64,000 bases of DNA from an uncultured archaeon (GTDB lineage: Archaea; Aenigmatarchaeota; Aenigmatarchaeia; CG10238-14; SCSR01). The position numbers and the translations under genes are program-made. This document shows positions 46,857 to 57,048 of this stretch, piece after piece. Position 1 is the stretch's first letter; each line of letters starts with the position of its first letter. Below the pieces are notes generated by a model. That model did no database searches, was not told the origin of the DNA, and saw nothing but the letters and a program-made list of their open reading frames with translations. The DNA lies in the NCBI GenBank assembly GCA_964512235.1, contig CAZEGD010000004.1, forward strand, positions 33,557-97,556, in the 5' to 3' direction.

Positions 46857-48461
46857 ATGGAGAAGAAAAATTTTGAATTCTGGCTTGACAAACTGGCAAG
46901 GAAAATAGTTGAAAGAGAGAAGAAGCTCGAGCGCGGCATAAAGGTCTTTAGAACTGAGTCAGGATTGGGTGCAAGTGGCATACCGCACATAGGCAGCTTT
47001 GGTGATGCTGCCCGTCAGTACGGGGTGACGCTTGCTCTACGTGATGCTGGCTTTAAGTCAGAATATATTGCTTACTCGGATGACAGGGATGGATTGCGGA
47101 AGGTGCCTTTGCAAATGCCAAATTGGCTTGAGGAACACTTGGCAAAGCCAGTCACAGACATACCTGATCCATTTGAGTGCCATGGCAGCTACGGTGAGCA
47201 CATGGGTGCGCTGTTGAGAGAGGCGATTGAAGCCGCAGGCATAGACTATACTTTCCAGTCTGCAGCAGAGAATTACAAGAAAGGCATGCTTGATAAAGAA
47301 ATAGAAAAAATTCTTTTAGGCGCTGCTTTAGTAGGTAAAATTTCTCAAAAATTGATTGGGCAGAAGAAGTTTGTTACTATGCTTCCCTACTTTCCAGTCT
47401 GCGAGCACTGCGGAAGGATATACACTACGCGCGCATACGAGCTGTTGCCCAAGGAGCATAAAGTGCTCTACATATGCGACCAGCAATTCACAGGCAAGAA
47501 TCTGAACACGGGTAAAAAGATTGTGATAAGGGGATGCGGTCATAAAGGCGAAGCAAAATATTTCAAGGGCACGGGCAAGCTCAGTTGGAAATGCGAGTTT
47601 GCTGCGCGCTGGCATGTACTGAAAATCGTTTTTGAAGCACATGGCAAAGACATACGTGATTCAGTAAGGGTGAATGATGAAGTATGTAGACAAATTATAG
47701 GATGGGAACCGCCACTGCATTTTGTATATGAGATGTTTTTGGAAAAAGGTGGAAAGAAGATATCCAAATCGATTGGCAACGTGCTATCGCCTCAAGTATG
47801 GTTTAATTATGCAACATCCACAAGTTTACTTCTCCTTATGCTCAAACGTGCAGAAGGCACTAGAGAGATTGACGTTACAGACATCCCGAGATATATGGAT
47901 GAAGTGGACAAGCTTGAAGACATTTATTCCAATGCCGTAGACGTTAAGAATCCAAGAGACAGATTTAATGCCAAGAGACTCTTTGAATTCATCCATCTCC
48001 TCAAGCCGCCAGTGAAAGGAATCCATGTACCATACAACATAATGGTGGAGATTGCAAAGATACTGCCCGAGAAGAACCAGTCAAAGTTTGCAGTGGAAAA
48101 ATTGAAAGAATTCAACTACAAAGTCGATGCTAAATCAAAGAAAGAGATAGCTAAGCGGCTGGGATATGCAAAGAATTGGAATGAAGACTTCCTAAAACAA
48201 GAGAGGATAGAAGTGAAGTTAACAGCTGGGGAAAAGACTGCAATAAAAGATTTGATAGAAATTATAAAAAAAGAAAGAGATGGTGAAAAGTTGCAGACGA
48301 AGATATTCAACATGGCAAAGGCGAATGAGATTAAGCCCAAAAAGTTTTTCAAAGTGCTCTATCAAATACTTCTAAACTCCAACAAAGGACCCAGACTTGG
48401 CCCCTATATAGTAGATATTGGAAAAATAGAAGTAATTAAAAAATTGAAGGACACATTATAA
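46857..48461 (+). CDS. lysK: Class I lysyl-tRNA synthetase
   Basis: SGIPHIGSFGDAAR (HIGH-like), DDRDGLRKVP, KISKSIGN. Start set to ATG 46857; the track start is TTG 46848. Confidence 0.9.
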   Translation: MEKKNFEFWLDKLARKIVEREKKLERGIKVFRTESGLGASGIPHIGSFGDAARQYGVTLALRDAGFKSEYIAYSDDRDGLRKVPLQMPNWLEEHLAKPVTDIPDPFECHGSYGEHMGALLREAIEAAGIDYTFQSAAENYKKGMLDKEIEKILLGAALVGKISQKLIGQKKFVTMLPYFPVCEHCGRIYTTRAYELLPKEHKVLYICDQQFTGKNLNTGKKIVIRGCGHKGEAKYFKGTGKLSWKCEFAARWHVLKIVFEAHGKDIRDSVRVNDEVCRQIIGWEPPLHFVYEMFLEKGGKKISKSIGNVLSPQVWFNYATSTSLLLLMLKRAEGTREIDVTDIPRYMDEVDKLEDIYSNAVDVKNPRDRFNAKRLFEFIHLLKPPVKGIHVPYNIMVEIAKILPEKNQSKFAVEKLKEFNYKVDAKSKKEIAKRLGYAKNWNEDFLKQERIEVKLTAGEKTAIKDLIEIIKKERDGEKLQTKIFNMAKANEIKPKKFFKVLYQILLNSNKGPRLGPYIVDIGKIEVIKKLKDTL

Positions 48462-48463
48462 TT

Positions 48464-49510
48464 ATGAGTATTTTCTCGGAGATAGAGTCGGCAATATTCA
48501 AGCGTGAAGAAGTTCTCAGCACGGAATATATGCCAGCAGAATTGCCACATAGAGAGGGAGAAGTCCAGCAGCTTGCACGCAACATAATGCCAGCTTCGCG
48601 CGGGAGGAAGCCACAGAACACATTCTTGCATGGTCCGCCGGGGATAGGTAAGACTGCCGTCACTAAGCATGTATTCCATGAATTTGAGGAATACAGCGAC
48701 CGTGTACGTTGCATATATATCAACTGCTGGGATTTCAAGTCAGCCACTGCTGTCTTCTCGGAAATGGCCAATCAGATGGGATTCTTCGTGCAGCGGCATG
48801 GCTGGGGAAAGGATGAAGTGATGAATAGGTTCATAGAAGCGTTAAAGAAATCCAAGAAAAGCATAGTGATGTGCTTGGATGAAGTAGACCAGTTGCAGAT
48901 GGAAGCGATGTACGACCTTCTGCGCATTAACCAATATGTGCAAAGCTCAGTCGGCATAATTTTTATCTCCAACAATCCAGGAGTTTTTGCGACGGCCGAA
49001 CCTAGAATCAGAAGCAGTCTAGCAACGACAGACATAGAATTCCAAGCATACACCATAGCTGAGATGAAAGATATCTTGCAGAATCGTGCAAAGGATGCCT
49101 TTCATTCTATAGATATAGTTGCAGTTATGCTTTGCGCCAATGAAGCCGTGCAAAAAGGTGGAGACGTGCGTGTAGGGATGCAGTGTCTGTTGAAGGCAGG
49201 TAGAGAAGCAGAGAAGGATAATGCAAGGAAAGTGAGAGTAGAACATGTGAAGAAGATATTGCGCAGAGTGAAGCCAGCCAAGCCACAGCTGCTTAAAGAG
49301 AGGGTAACGGAAACGGAGAGGCAGATATTGAAGATTCTGGGCAGCAAAGAATGGAAGTCCGGAGAGCTCTATAGAGAATATAAAAAACAAGTCAGCAACC
49401 CGATAAGCGATCGTGCGTTCAGAGATTATGTCAACCATCTTGCAGAAATTAAGCTTGTGAAGATAAAGCCGAAGCGCGTAGGCCGCCAGAGGATTATTTC
49501 TAAAGCGTAA
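48464..49510 (+). CDS. cdc6: Orc1/Cdc6 replication initiator
   Basis: LPHREGEVQQLA, Walker A GPPGIGKTA, Walker B CLDEVD, and a C-terminal winged helix. Starts 2 nt after the lysK stop. Confidence 0.9.
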   Translation: MSIFSEIESAIFKREEVLSTEYMPAELPHREGEVQQLARNIMPASRGRKPQNTFLHGPPGIGKTAVTKHVFHEFEEYSDRVRCIYINCWDFKSATAVFSEMANQMGFFVQRHGWGKDEVMNRFIEALKKSKKSIVMCLDEVDQLQMEAMYDLLRINQYVQSSVGIIFISNNPGVFATAEPRIRSSLATTDIEFQAYTIAEMKDILQNRAKDAFHSIDIVAVMLCANEAVQKGGDVRVGMQCLLKAGREAEKDNARKVRVEHVKKILRRVKPAKPQLLKERVTETERQILKILGSKEWKSGELYREYKKQVSNPISDRAFRDYVNHLAEIKLVKIKPKRVGRQRIISKA

Positions 49511-49561
49511 ATTTTCTAAATCACATAAATTTATATAGAGAATAATTATTGTATTGCATAA

Positions 49562-49636
49562 GCCTCCGTAGCTCAACTTGGATAGAGCAGCGGACTTCTA
49601 ATCCGTTGGTTGAGGGTTCAAATCCCTCCGGGGGCA
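49562..49636 (+). tRNA. tRNA-Arg(UCU)
   Basis: Hand-folded. GCCTCCG-TA-GCTC-AACTTGGATA-GAGC-A-GCGGA-CTTCTAA-TCCGT-TGGTT-GAGGG-TTCAAAT-CCCTC-CGGGGGC-A. 75 nt with no insertion. Confidence 0.9.
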
Positions 49637-49680
49637 TAAATAATTAAACCCCAGAAATCACTATTCTAATGTAGATTACG

Positions 49681-50454
49681 ATGACAAGAATAATTCTTAT
49701 AGTCTCGGGCAAAGGTGGTGTGGGAAAGACAACTTTAACTTCAAATCTATCCTACGCACTCGCCGAGCTTGGAGAAGATGTAATAGCAATAGATGCAAAC
49801 TTAACTACACCCAACCTAGGACTGCATACAGGCATGCATCTCACTACGCATACTCTGCATGACGTGCTAAGAGGGGAGGTTGATATTGACAAGACAGTCT
49901 ATACGCATCCTTATGGCTTTAGAATCATCCCAGCTAGCATGTCAATAGATGACCTAACAGGTACCGATCCCAGTAAGCTATCGGAAGTTACAATGAACCT
50001 GTTGGGAAAGGCAGATTTTATAATCCTAGATTCCTCGGCAGGCCTAGGCAGAGAGACAGTGAGTGCAATTGCAGCCGTGGATGAAGTGATTATTATAGTA
50101 AATCCGACAATACCCAGTGTGGTTGACGCATTGAAAACGGCAGAGCTTGCAAGAAAGCTAGGCAAGGAAATAGTGGGCGTTGTTGTCAACCGACGGGGCA
50201 AAGGAAGGTACGAGCTTTCCAATGAAAAAATAGAAAGTATGATCGAAGCACCGATTATGGCAGAGATACCTGAAGATGAGAATATTGCAAAATGCATTGC
50301 AATGAAGCGGCCTGTAGTTGAATACGACATGCATTCACCTGCTGCGGTTGAAATCAGAAGATTGGCACACAGGCTCACTGGCCAAAAGTTCGATTATAGA
50401 AGGCCGTTAAGGATGTCATTCTTTGGTAGACTTGCGAATTGGATGAATAGATAG
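49681..50454 (+). CDS. minD: MinD/ParA-family P-loop ATPase
   Basis: Deviant Walker A SGKGGVGKTT, IAIDAN and IILDSSAG. Confidence 0.85.
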   Translation: MTRIILIVSGKGGVGKTTLTSNLSYALAELGEDVIAIDANLTTPNLGLHTGMHLTTHTLHDVLRGEVDIDKTVYTHPYGFRIIPASMSIDDLTGTDPSKLSEVTMNLLGKADFIILDSSAGLGRETVSAIAAVDEVIIIVNPTIPSVVDALKTAELARKLGKEIVGVVVNRRGKGRYELSNEKIESMIEAPIMAEIPEDENIAKCIAMKRPVVEYDMHSPAAVEIRRLAHRLTGQKFDYRRPLRMSFFGRLANWMNR

Positions 50455-50464
50455 AACCATAATT

Positions 50465-52120
50465 CTAAAATTCTTCCAAGCTCATTTCCATCGCTGCCAC
50501 GGGCATTTCCAACTGCCAATTATTTAGCACAGCAGGCGACAGCTCACCCACTATACCGATTGATTCTTTGTTTACTATAATCTCTGCAACCCTTCCCGGG
50601 ATGAAGCTCCTATGCTCAGTAGCTTTCAGTTTGTAGTCTACTCCAAGATTCGCTAATAATGCATCAACCATGGAGGATATCTCCTCGTAGCTTGCCTTTG
50701 GGTTTGCGATTGCACATGCGAGCTTTCTCACGTCTCTCGCCCTCGTCTCTTTGGTCTTGTCGAGTATTACAACATCTCCAACTTCAAACACCCTCTGCGG
50801 ATATTCTACATGCTGGTTGCTTGAGAGGAATTCCATCAAACTCGGCAGCATCCAGTTGCGAAATACGCACCAATTCAATGAGACAGGATTCTCAATCTCG
50901 GCTATAGTCGTCGCTTTCAGATTCATCCTCTCAAATAGGTTTGCTTTATTTGTCAAAGTGTAAGAGAGTACTTCCTGCATCCCTAGACCTACCATAAGCT
51001 CTGCGATTCTGTTTGAAAAGACTTCCTTTTGACTTACACTCCCCACAGTTGCAAGCTCTGGTACTATAGGTTCAATTTTGTTGTAGCCGTAAGAGACTAT
51101 TATATCTTCTACCACATCCCTTTGATGCAGTATGTCTTGTCTATATGCCGGATAGAGTACTTCAATTCTCTTGCCGCGCTTTGCCGACTTTGTCTTGTAT
51201 CTAGCCTGCTCTAGCAGCTTACGTATTTGGCTTACAGTCAAATCCAATCCAGAAATTCTATTTGCATAATCTACATCGACAAATGCCTTCTTTGGTGTCA
51301 AATCCGGAGTGGTCATTCTTCTGCTCGGGTATACAACTCTCACGCTACGTATTTTTCCTCCCCGGTCTGCTAGAGCCGCAACAATGACATTTAGGGCTGG
51401 TATGAGGAATTTGAAGTTGAATCCAGTACATTCTATGAAGACATCTTTAGTCTTCTTTGTCACCTTACCTGTATAGTCAGAATTGATTATCGGCGGCATT
51501 GAAAGCACATTGCCAGCAGAGTCGATGAATATCGGATACTCTTTGCATCCTTTGAGCAAATTGCCGAATTCTTTCCCCTTCGGATGCTGCTTTAAGATTT
51601 CCTTAGGCGTCATCTCTTTTGTAAATTCTAATGGCACAAACTTTATGCCGTCTGGCTTGACTGTTGTATATTTTATCGGCAGCTTTATTTTGCGTAAGTC
51701 ATAAATGCCTATTGCAACTTCTTCCCTATTTCTCCCAAAAGTTACGGCTGTCTTTTCTTGCAGCTGCACCATTTGCGATAATACATCGTCATTAATTCTC
51801 AAGCCCTTTACAACTGCACATACTGTCAGCGGTCGGACTTTGGAGACTTTCTTACTGACCTTCACTACAACTTTTGACTTACCAACTTTGTATTTCTTCA
51901 CGCTGGCTTTTTTTATCCTTCCACTTATCTCCCTTGCAATTCCTTCCGCACTCCAGAGGTCCGGCCTGTTGCTGTCTTTTACGTCGAGTTTAATCGAGTC
52001 CCCATCTACAGCATCTACTTCAGACTTTGCATAGATAACCAAGTCTTCCAATTCTTTTATTGTCAGCTTCTTTCCGATTAGTTTGCACAGATCCTTTTGT
52101 GAGACTTCTATTGTTGGCAT
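50465..52120 (-). CDS. pheT: Phenylalanyl-tRNA synthetase beta subunit
   Basis: 551 aa. MPTIEVSQKDLCKLIGK..., NRPDLWSAEGIAREI and the B3/4 and B5 region pattern of archaeal PheT. Confidence 0.9.
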   Translation of the reverse strand: MPTIEVSQKDLCKLIGKKLTIKELEDLVIYAKSEVDAVDGDSIKLDVKDSNRPDLWSAEGIAREISGRIKKASVKKYKVGKSKVVVKVSKKVSKVRPLTVCAVVKGLRINDDVLSQMVQLQEKTAVTFGRNREEVAIGIYDLRKIKLPIKYTTVKPDGIKFVPLEFTKEMTPKEILKQHPKGKEFGNLLKGCKEYPIFIDSAGNVLSMPPIINSDYTGKVTKKTKDVFIECTGFNFKFLIPALNVIVAALADRGGKIRSVRVVYPSRRMTTPDLTPKKAFVDVDYANRISGLDLTVSQIRKLLEQARYKTKSAKRGKRIEVLYPAYRQDILHQRDVVEDIIVSYGYNKIEPIVPELATVGSVSQKEVFSNRIAELMVGLGMQEVLSYTLTNKANLFERMNLKATTIAEIENPVSLNWCVFRNWMLPSLMEFLSSNQHVEYPQRVFEVGDVVILDKTKETRARDVRKLACAIANPKASYEEISSMVDALLANLGVDYKLKATEHRSFIPGRVAEIIVNKESIGIVGELSPAVLNNWQLEMPVAAMEMSLEEF

Positions 52121-52129
52121 TTATTCACC

Positions 52130-53377
52130 TTATCTTACCATCCTCTGTTGTCGTAACCACTTCAAATTCCTGCTGAATAAATATCTAATGTCAGTTATGT
52201 TGAGAGCATGCATAGCCAACCTGTCTATACCAAATCCCCAAGCGATTACAGGTTCCCTTATCCCCAACGGCTCGGTAAGCTCTGTCCTGAACATACCTGC
52301 ACCCGCAGCTTCTATCCAACCCAGTTCAGGATGCTTGATTGAAATCTGGCAGCTGGGTTCGGTGAATGGATAATAATCTGAATAGAATTTCACCTTCTTT
52401 GCACCTGCAATTTCATAGGCAAACTGCTTCAGAAGCCCCAACAGATGTTTAAATGTTAAATCTTCAGCTATGACAAATCCACCTGTCTGGTTGAATTCGA
52501 CACCATGTGTCACATCTATTACATCCGGCCTATAGCATCGGACGATGTTGAAATACTTTCCTGGAATTTCCACACCTTTTGAAAGATAACGTGGCGATAT
52601 GGCTGTGTCATGTGCGCGGGGCATTAGTCTAGAGGCTTTCTTTGCATCCCATTTATAACCCCAGCCACTACTTCCAGTGGTCCAACCATTTTCATGCGAT
52701 GCTTTTACATTTGAAACAATTTTATTACTAGGCAACTTTCCATATTTTGGATATTTTAGATTGTATGTCTGTGTCCAGTCCCTTGCCGGATGGTTTTGCG
52801 GCTGGAAGAGTGCATCAAAGTTCCAGAACTCAGTCTCTACAGTCGGCCCGGTCATTTCTTTGAACCCAAGCTCCACGAGTTTTTGCCTTACTTGCATGAG
52901 GAACTGGTTGTAAGGCTGGCGTTTGCCTGGATAGATATTCTTCCCTACAGCCTCTACGTTAAAGGGTTTGAATTTCACTTTCCTCCACAGTCCCGTCTTC
53001 AGCAGTTGTGGAGTGAGGTTTGTAACTTCCTTACCCACGAGCTTGTCTACTTCACCACTGACAACTTTTTTCACAAGTTTTCTCTGTATGAGGATTTCAA
53101 GAATTCTTGTATCTACATCTCCATCATTATCAACCTTTTTCAACGCCTCCTCTTCTGGCATTGTAGCAGGTTCACCTGAAAGACGCAGCTCATCTCCTTC
53201 CACTTCAATCAAGCCCTTTTTCTTTGCCCATTGAAGTGCAATGCTAAAATTATCTATCTTCTGCTTCGCCTCGTCAAATCTCAACGACCCACTACGCAAG
53301 GCTTCTACGAGAACTTTCTCAGGTAGTCCATTTTCTAGATATTTTCTACCCTCTTCAGTAAGTACGAACTTCTGCAT
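52130..53377 (-). CDS. pheS: Phenylalanyl-tRNA synthetase alpha subunit
   Basis: FQPQNHPARD, RCYRPD, FTEPS, GFGIDRLAM class-II motifs. Adjacent to pheT. Confidence 0.9.
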   Translation of the reverse strand: MQKFVLTEEGRKYLENGLPEKVLVEALRSGSLRFDEAKQKIDNFSIALQWAKKKGLIEVEGDELRLSGEPATMPEEEALKKVDNDGDVDTRILEILIQRKLVKKVVSGEVDKLVGKEVTNLTPQLLKTGLWRKVKFKPFNVEAVGKNIYPGKRQPYNQFLMQVRQKLVELGFKEMTGPTVETEFWNFDALFQPQNHPARDWTQTYNLKYPKYGKLPSNKIVSNVKASHENGWTTGSSGWGYKWDAKKASRLMPRAHDTAISPRYLSKGVEIPGKYFNIVRCYRPDVIDVTHGVEFNQTGGFVIAEDLTFKHLLGLLKQFAYEIAGAKKVKFYSDYYPFTEPSCQISIKHPELGWIEAAGAGMFRTELTEPLGIREPVIAWGFGIDRLAMHALNITDIRYLFSRNLKWLRQQRMVR

Positions 53378-53419
53378 AATAACCAGTTAATAAGAATTAG
53401 TCGTTTCTAATTTAAAATC

Positions 53420-54535
53420 TTAAATATTCTTCTCAAGTATCTTCCTTGCCTTTGGAAGCATCTTCTTCTTTTTCGCCTGATGGCTTTTCAAGAATTTGTT
53501 TATTATATCTATGATTTCCTCTTTCATCTCCCCATCAAGCAATTTGCCAGCTTTGTAGTCTTCACGCACTTTTTGCACCTTTTTGTCATCATCAACAAAA
53601 TGATAATAATAGAGTTCGTATACAACTGACTTATCTGGATCACCACCCAGCTTGCGCTGCAGTTCAACAGTCTTCTGCCCACCTGTGAGGGCAGTCATAA
53701 CCTTCTTTCTCACAATCTCAGGACTGTCATTGAGAGTGAGCATAGACACGGGGTCACGCTTGCTCATCTTTGACTCGCCTTTGAGCGAGCGGAAGAACTT
53801 GTGAAATATAGCGCATGATGGGAGAAAGTTGAATCGATCTTTCATCTTCGCACTTATGTCACGCGTCAGGAAAATATGCGGTGCTTGGTCTGCGCCTATG
53901 GGCACGAGCACGCGTTTAGGTCCGCCAAACTCAGGCAGCTGTGGCATGAGTATGTCACCGCATTGCGTGAGTGCCGCAAAATAGAGTCCGGGCTGCCTTT
54001 TGCCGTATAGGTTGCGCAGATGGTTGAATGTCACCCTTCGGCTGAAAAGATAGGCTAAATTCATCACTCTCCGCTCTTGAGACTGTCTATATATGTAAGC
54101 ATTTTTTGGATCGAGTCCAAGGGCAAGCAAGTCTGCTATGTTGTCTATTGCAATCTCCAACTGCTTGTCTAGAGGCAGACCGTTGTCTACCATGCCTTCC
54201 AAGTCAGCAATCGCATAGAACACTTTAGCTTTGAACTCTTTCTGGAAATAGATTATCTTCTCTGCAGTCATTTTGCTGCCCAGATGAAAATTATTAGTCG
54301 GTTTTATACCTGTCATTATAGCTATATCTTCACCCTTCTCACGCGCGTCAACGAATTTGTCAAAATCTATGTGGCCGAAGTCTATCCCACGCCGCAGAAA
54401 TCTGCTCGGGTTCTTTATTTTATCCAGTATATCTTTTGTTATCGGCTTTATTCCAACCTGCTTGAAAAGCTTAGAATAATCGTATATAGTACTGCTTCCA
54501 AACGGGTCTAATACGTTTTCTTGTTCAGTTTCCAT
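53420..54535 (-). CDS. trpS: Tryptophanyl-tRNA synthetase (archaeal/eukaryotic type)
   Basis: TGIKPTNNFHLGS (HIGH-like), PIGADQAPHIFLTRDI, KMSKRD. 371 aa. Confidence 0.8.
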   Translation of the reverse strand: METEQENVLDPFGSSTIYDYSKLFKQVGIKPITKDILDKIKNPSRFLRRGIDFGHIDFDKFVDAREKGEDIAIMTGIKPTNNFHLGSKMTAEKIIYFQKEFKAKVFYAIADLEGMVDNGLPLDKQLEIAIDNIADLLALGLDPKNAYIYRQSQERRVMNLAYLFSRRVTFNHLRNLYGKRQPGLYFAALTQCGDILMPQLPEFGGPKRVLVPIGADQAPHIFLTRDISAKMKDRFNFLPSCAIFHKFFRSLKGESKMSKRDPVSMLTLNDSPEIVRKKVMTALTGGQKTVELQRKLGGDPDKSVVYELYYYHFVDDDKKVQKVREDYKAGKLLDGEMKEEIIDIINKFLKSHQAKKKKMLPKARKILEKNI

Positions 54536-54775
54536 AGCTATTCACCACACTAACTAATAATTTGTTTTTAGGGTTTAATAGAAATAATGCTAAGGAAAAG
54601 TCAGTATTCACTAAAGTGTAATCCATTGGTACGGCATCACATCACAGTTACTTTATTCGATTTAATCGTTTATAAATCTTTTATCAAGACCAGAACTAGC
54701 ACAGCATCACTATAAAGGTGTTAATATAAAAAGACTTGTTAATATAATTAGACTAATAAAGATGGTGATACAAAG

Positions 54776-55432
54776 ATGCCGATATTCAAAATTGTAGTGA
54801 GCGAGCCTAAGACAAGGAAGTCTTACCAGATTGAAGTAGACCAAGAGAAAGTGCCAATGCTGATTGGAAAGAAGATGGGGGAAGACTTCGATGGAAATAC
54901 AATAGGACTCGCAGGATATACACTGGAAATCAGAGGCGGGACAGATATAGACGGCTTTCCAATGCATCCTAATTTGAAAGGTCAGGGAAAGAAAAAGTTA
55001 CTCTTATCTAGTAGACCTGGTTTTCACCCGCCCCAGAAAGGTCAGCGCAGACGCAAGATGGTCCGAGGCAATACAGTTTCTTCAGATATAATACAGCTTA
55101 ATGTGAAAGTTGTAAAAGCTGGTACAGAACCATTAGAGAAATTGTTACCGAAGAAGGTGAAAGAAGGTGAAGTGAAGAAAGAAGAAGCAAAACCTGAAAA
55201 GAAGGAAGAAACTAAAAAGCCAGAGGCTAAGCCGGAGAAGAAAGCAGAGGAAAAGAAGGAAGAAGTGAAGAAAGAGGAACCTAAAAAAGAAGAGAAGCCA
55301 AAAACAGAAGAAAAACCAAAGGAGCAGAAACCAGTAGAAGAGAAAAAAGCTGAAGAAAAACCGGTAGAGCCAGAACCGGAGAAGAAAGATGCAAAACCAG
55401 AAACAACTGGGGGTGGAGAAGGTAAAGAGTAA
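54776..55432 (+). CDS. rps6e: Ribosomal protein S6e with a long Lys/Glu-rich C-terminal extension
   Basis: MPIFKIVVSEPKTRKSYQIEV..GYTLEIRGGTDIDGFPM..RRRKMVRGN, then about 95 aa of KE/KP repeats. Confidence 0.9.
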   Translation: MPIFKIVVSEPKTRKSYQIEVDQEKVPMLIGKKMGEDFDGNTIGLAGYTLEIRGGTDIDGFPMHPNLKGQGKKKLLLSSRPGFHPPQKGQRRRKMVRGNTVSSDIIQLNVKVVKAGTEPLEKLLPKKVKEGEVKKEEAKPEKKEETKKPEAKPEKKAEEKKEEVKKEEPKKEEKPKTEEKPKEQKPVEEKKAEEKPVEPEPEKKDAKPETTGGGEGKE

Positions 55433-56654
55433 AACTGATCCTAAACTGATACCTAGCGCAAATATAGGGATGGTTGGACATGTTGCGCACGGAAAGACTA
55501 CGCTCACAGAAGCTCTTACAGGCAAACTTACGCTTACTCATTCTGAAGAACTCAAACGCGGCATTACAATACGCTTAGGCTATGCAGATGCTAGAATTTA
55601 CAGGTGTAAGAAATGCAGCCGGTATTTCACATACGAAGGACCTGATGCTAAGTGCCCGTATTGCTTTTCTGATTCTGAATTGCAAAATACGGTAAGCTTT
55701 GTAGATGCGCCTGGACATGAGACGCTGATGGCTACTGTCCTTACAGGCGCGGCACTAATGGACGGAGCTATATTAATTATCGCTGCCAATGAACGCTGCC
55801 CACAGCCACAGACACGCGAACATTTGACTGCACTTGAAGCTGTTGGCATAGAGAACATAATAATTGTGCAAAACAAGATAGACTTGGTAGATGAGAAGCG
55901 AGCTAAGGAGAGTTACAAAGAAATAAAGAAATTTATCAAAGGCACAAAATTGGAAAACTCACCCATCATCCCCATATCTGCACAGCAGAAGATAAACATA
56001 GACGTAGTGCTAGAAGCAATAGAGAAAATGATACCTAATTCTACATCACAGGAAGGAGAATTCAGGATGCTAGTGGCAAGGAGCTTTGACATAAACAAGC
56101 CAGGTACCACACCTAGCAAGATTGTGGGCGGTGTGGTGGGTGGTAGCATAGTTACGGGCAAAATAAAGGTTGGAGACGAGATAGAGATAAAGCCAGGCGT
56201 AAAAATCAAAGATGCTTACAGGCCGTTGACTACAAAAGTCATTGGACTGCAAAAAGCAGGCATAAATCTGGAAGAGGCTGGTCCAAGAGGATTGCTGGGT
56301 GTGATGACCACTTTAGATCCAGCACTTACAAAAGCCGACTCGATTGTAGGCAATGTAGTGGGACTGCCAGGCAAGCTACCTGAAGCTAAGGATGAAGTGA
56401 GAATAGAGATAAAACTGTTAGACCGGGTTGTAGGCTCTAAAGAGATGGGAAGAGTAGAGCCCATACGAGTCGGTGAGAGCTTGATGATTAATGCTGGTAC
56501 TGCGCGATCGATAGGAATTGTAACTGAACAGAAAAAAGGCATGCTTACACTAAAGCTAAAGATACCGATATGTGTAGAAGAAAAAGAAAGAATAGTCATC
56601 TCTAGACAACTATCTGGTCGCTGGCGACTTATTGGTTACGGAACTACTTTGTAG
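55389..56654 (+). CDS. eif2g: Translation initiation factor aIF2 gamma
   Basis: NIGMVGHVAHGKTTL, zinc knuckle CKKCSRY..CPYC, VDAPGHE, QNKIDL. ATG 55389 overlaps rps6e by 44 nt; GTG 55413 is an alternative. Confidence 0.9.
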   Translation: MQNQKQLGVEKVKSKTDPKLIPSANIGMVGHVAHGKTTLTEALTGKLTLTHSEELKRGITIRLGYADARIYRCKKCSRYFTYEGPDAKCPYCFSDSELQNTVSFVDAPGHETLMATVLTGAALMDGAILIIAANERCPQPQTREHLTALEAVGIENIIIVQNKIDLVDEKRAKESYKEIKKFIKGTKLENSPIIPISAQQKINIDVVLEAIEKMIPNSTSQEGEFRMLVARSFDINKPGTTPSKIVGGVVGGSIVTGKIKVGDEIEIKPGVKIKDAYRPLTTKVIGLQKAGINLEEAGPRGLLGVMTTLDPALTKADSIVGNVVGLPGKLPEAKDEVRIEIKLLDRVVGSKEMGRVEPIRVGESLMINAGTARSIGIVTEQKKGMLTLKLKIPICVEEKERIVISRQLSGRWRLIGYGTTL

Positions 56655-56655
56655 C

Positions 56656-57048
56656 TTATGTGCAGTATACGTTTGCAACTATGCTATTCCCAGTTGGGGG
56701 TGTCAATCGATATACACAACTTCTACCACCTGATCCGTCACAGACATCTGTGAGATCTGATATTTGACCTGGCTCTATTGTCCCAGATGATGGAGCTGTA
56801 CCACTGGTAGTAGTATCAACACTAGGTGCTGTTTGGACCCAAGATATACCACCTGTAGATATGGCCACTGTTCCTATATTCCTTATTCTAAGCGTTACCG
56901 TTCCGGCAGTACAATAGTAATCTGCTATCTCTATGCCCTGAGTCCTCGTTGTAAATATCCCTGAAATGTACATATAAGCCATTCCTGCAATTGCAATAGT
57001 AATCATCAGCATCAGAATAGTCGCTATTACTGCTGATACACCTTTCAT
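56656..57048 (-). CDS. Archaeal type-IV-pilin-like protein (Pilin_N/DUF1628-type N-terminus)
   Basis: MKG|VSAVIATILMLMITIAIAGMAYMY, with AGGTGA 10 nt upstream of ATG 57048. The track ORF extends to an upstream TTG at 57123. Confidence 0.7.
   Translation of the reverse strand: MKGVSAVIATILMLMITIAIAGMAYMYISGIFTTRTQGIEIADYYCTAGTVTLRIRNIGTVAISTGGISWVQTAPSVDTTTSGTAPSSGTIEPGQISDLTDVCDGSGGRSCVYRLTPPTGNSIVANVYCT

Noticed and set aside
48464-49680. A replication origin next to orc1/cdc6.
   Set aside because: cdc6 starts 2 nt after lysK. It is followed within about 50 nt by a tRNA and then by minD. There is no long AT-rich intergenic region and I saw no ORB-like repeats (no G-string elements), so the window gives no support for an adjacent origin.
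1880-54535. Seven aminoacyl-tRNA synthetase genes in one 64-kb window, read as a functional super-cluster.
   Set aside because: They are scattered on both strands among unrelated genes, and only pheS-pheT are adjacent. High density of informational genes is expected in a reduced genome.
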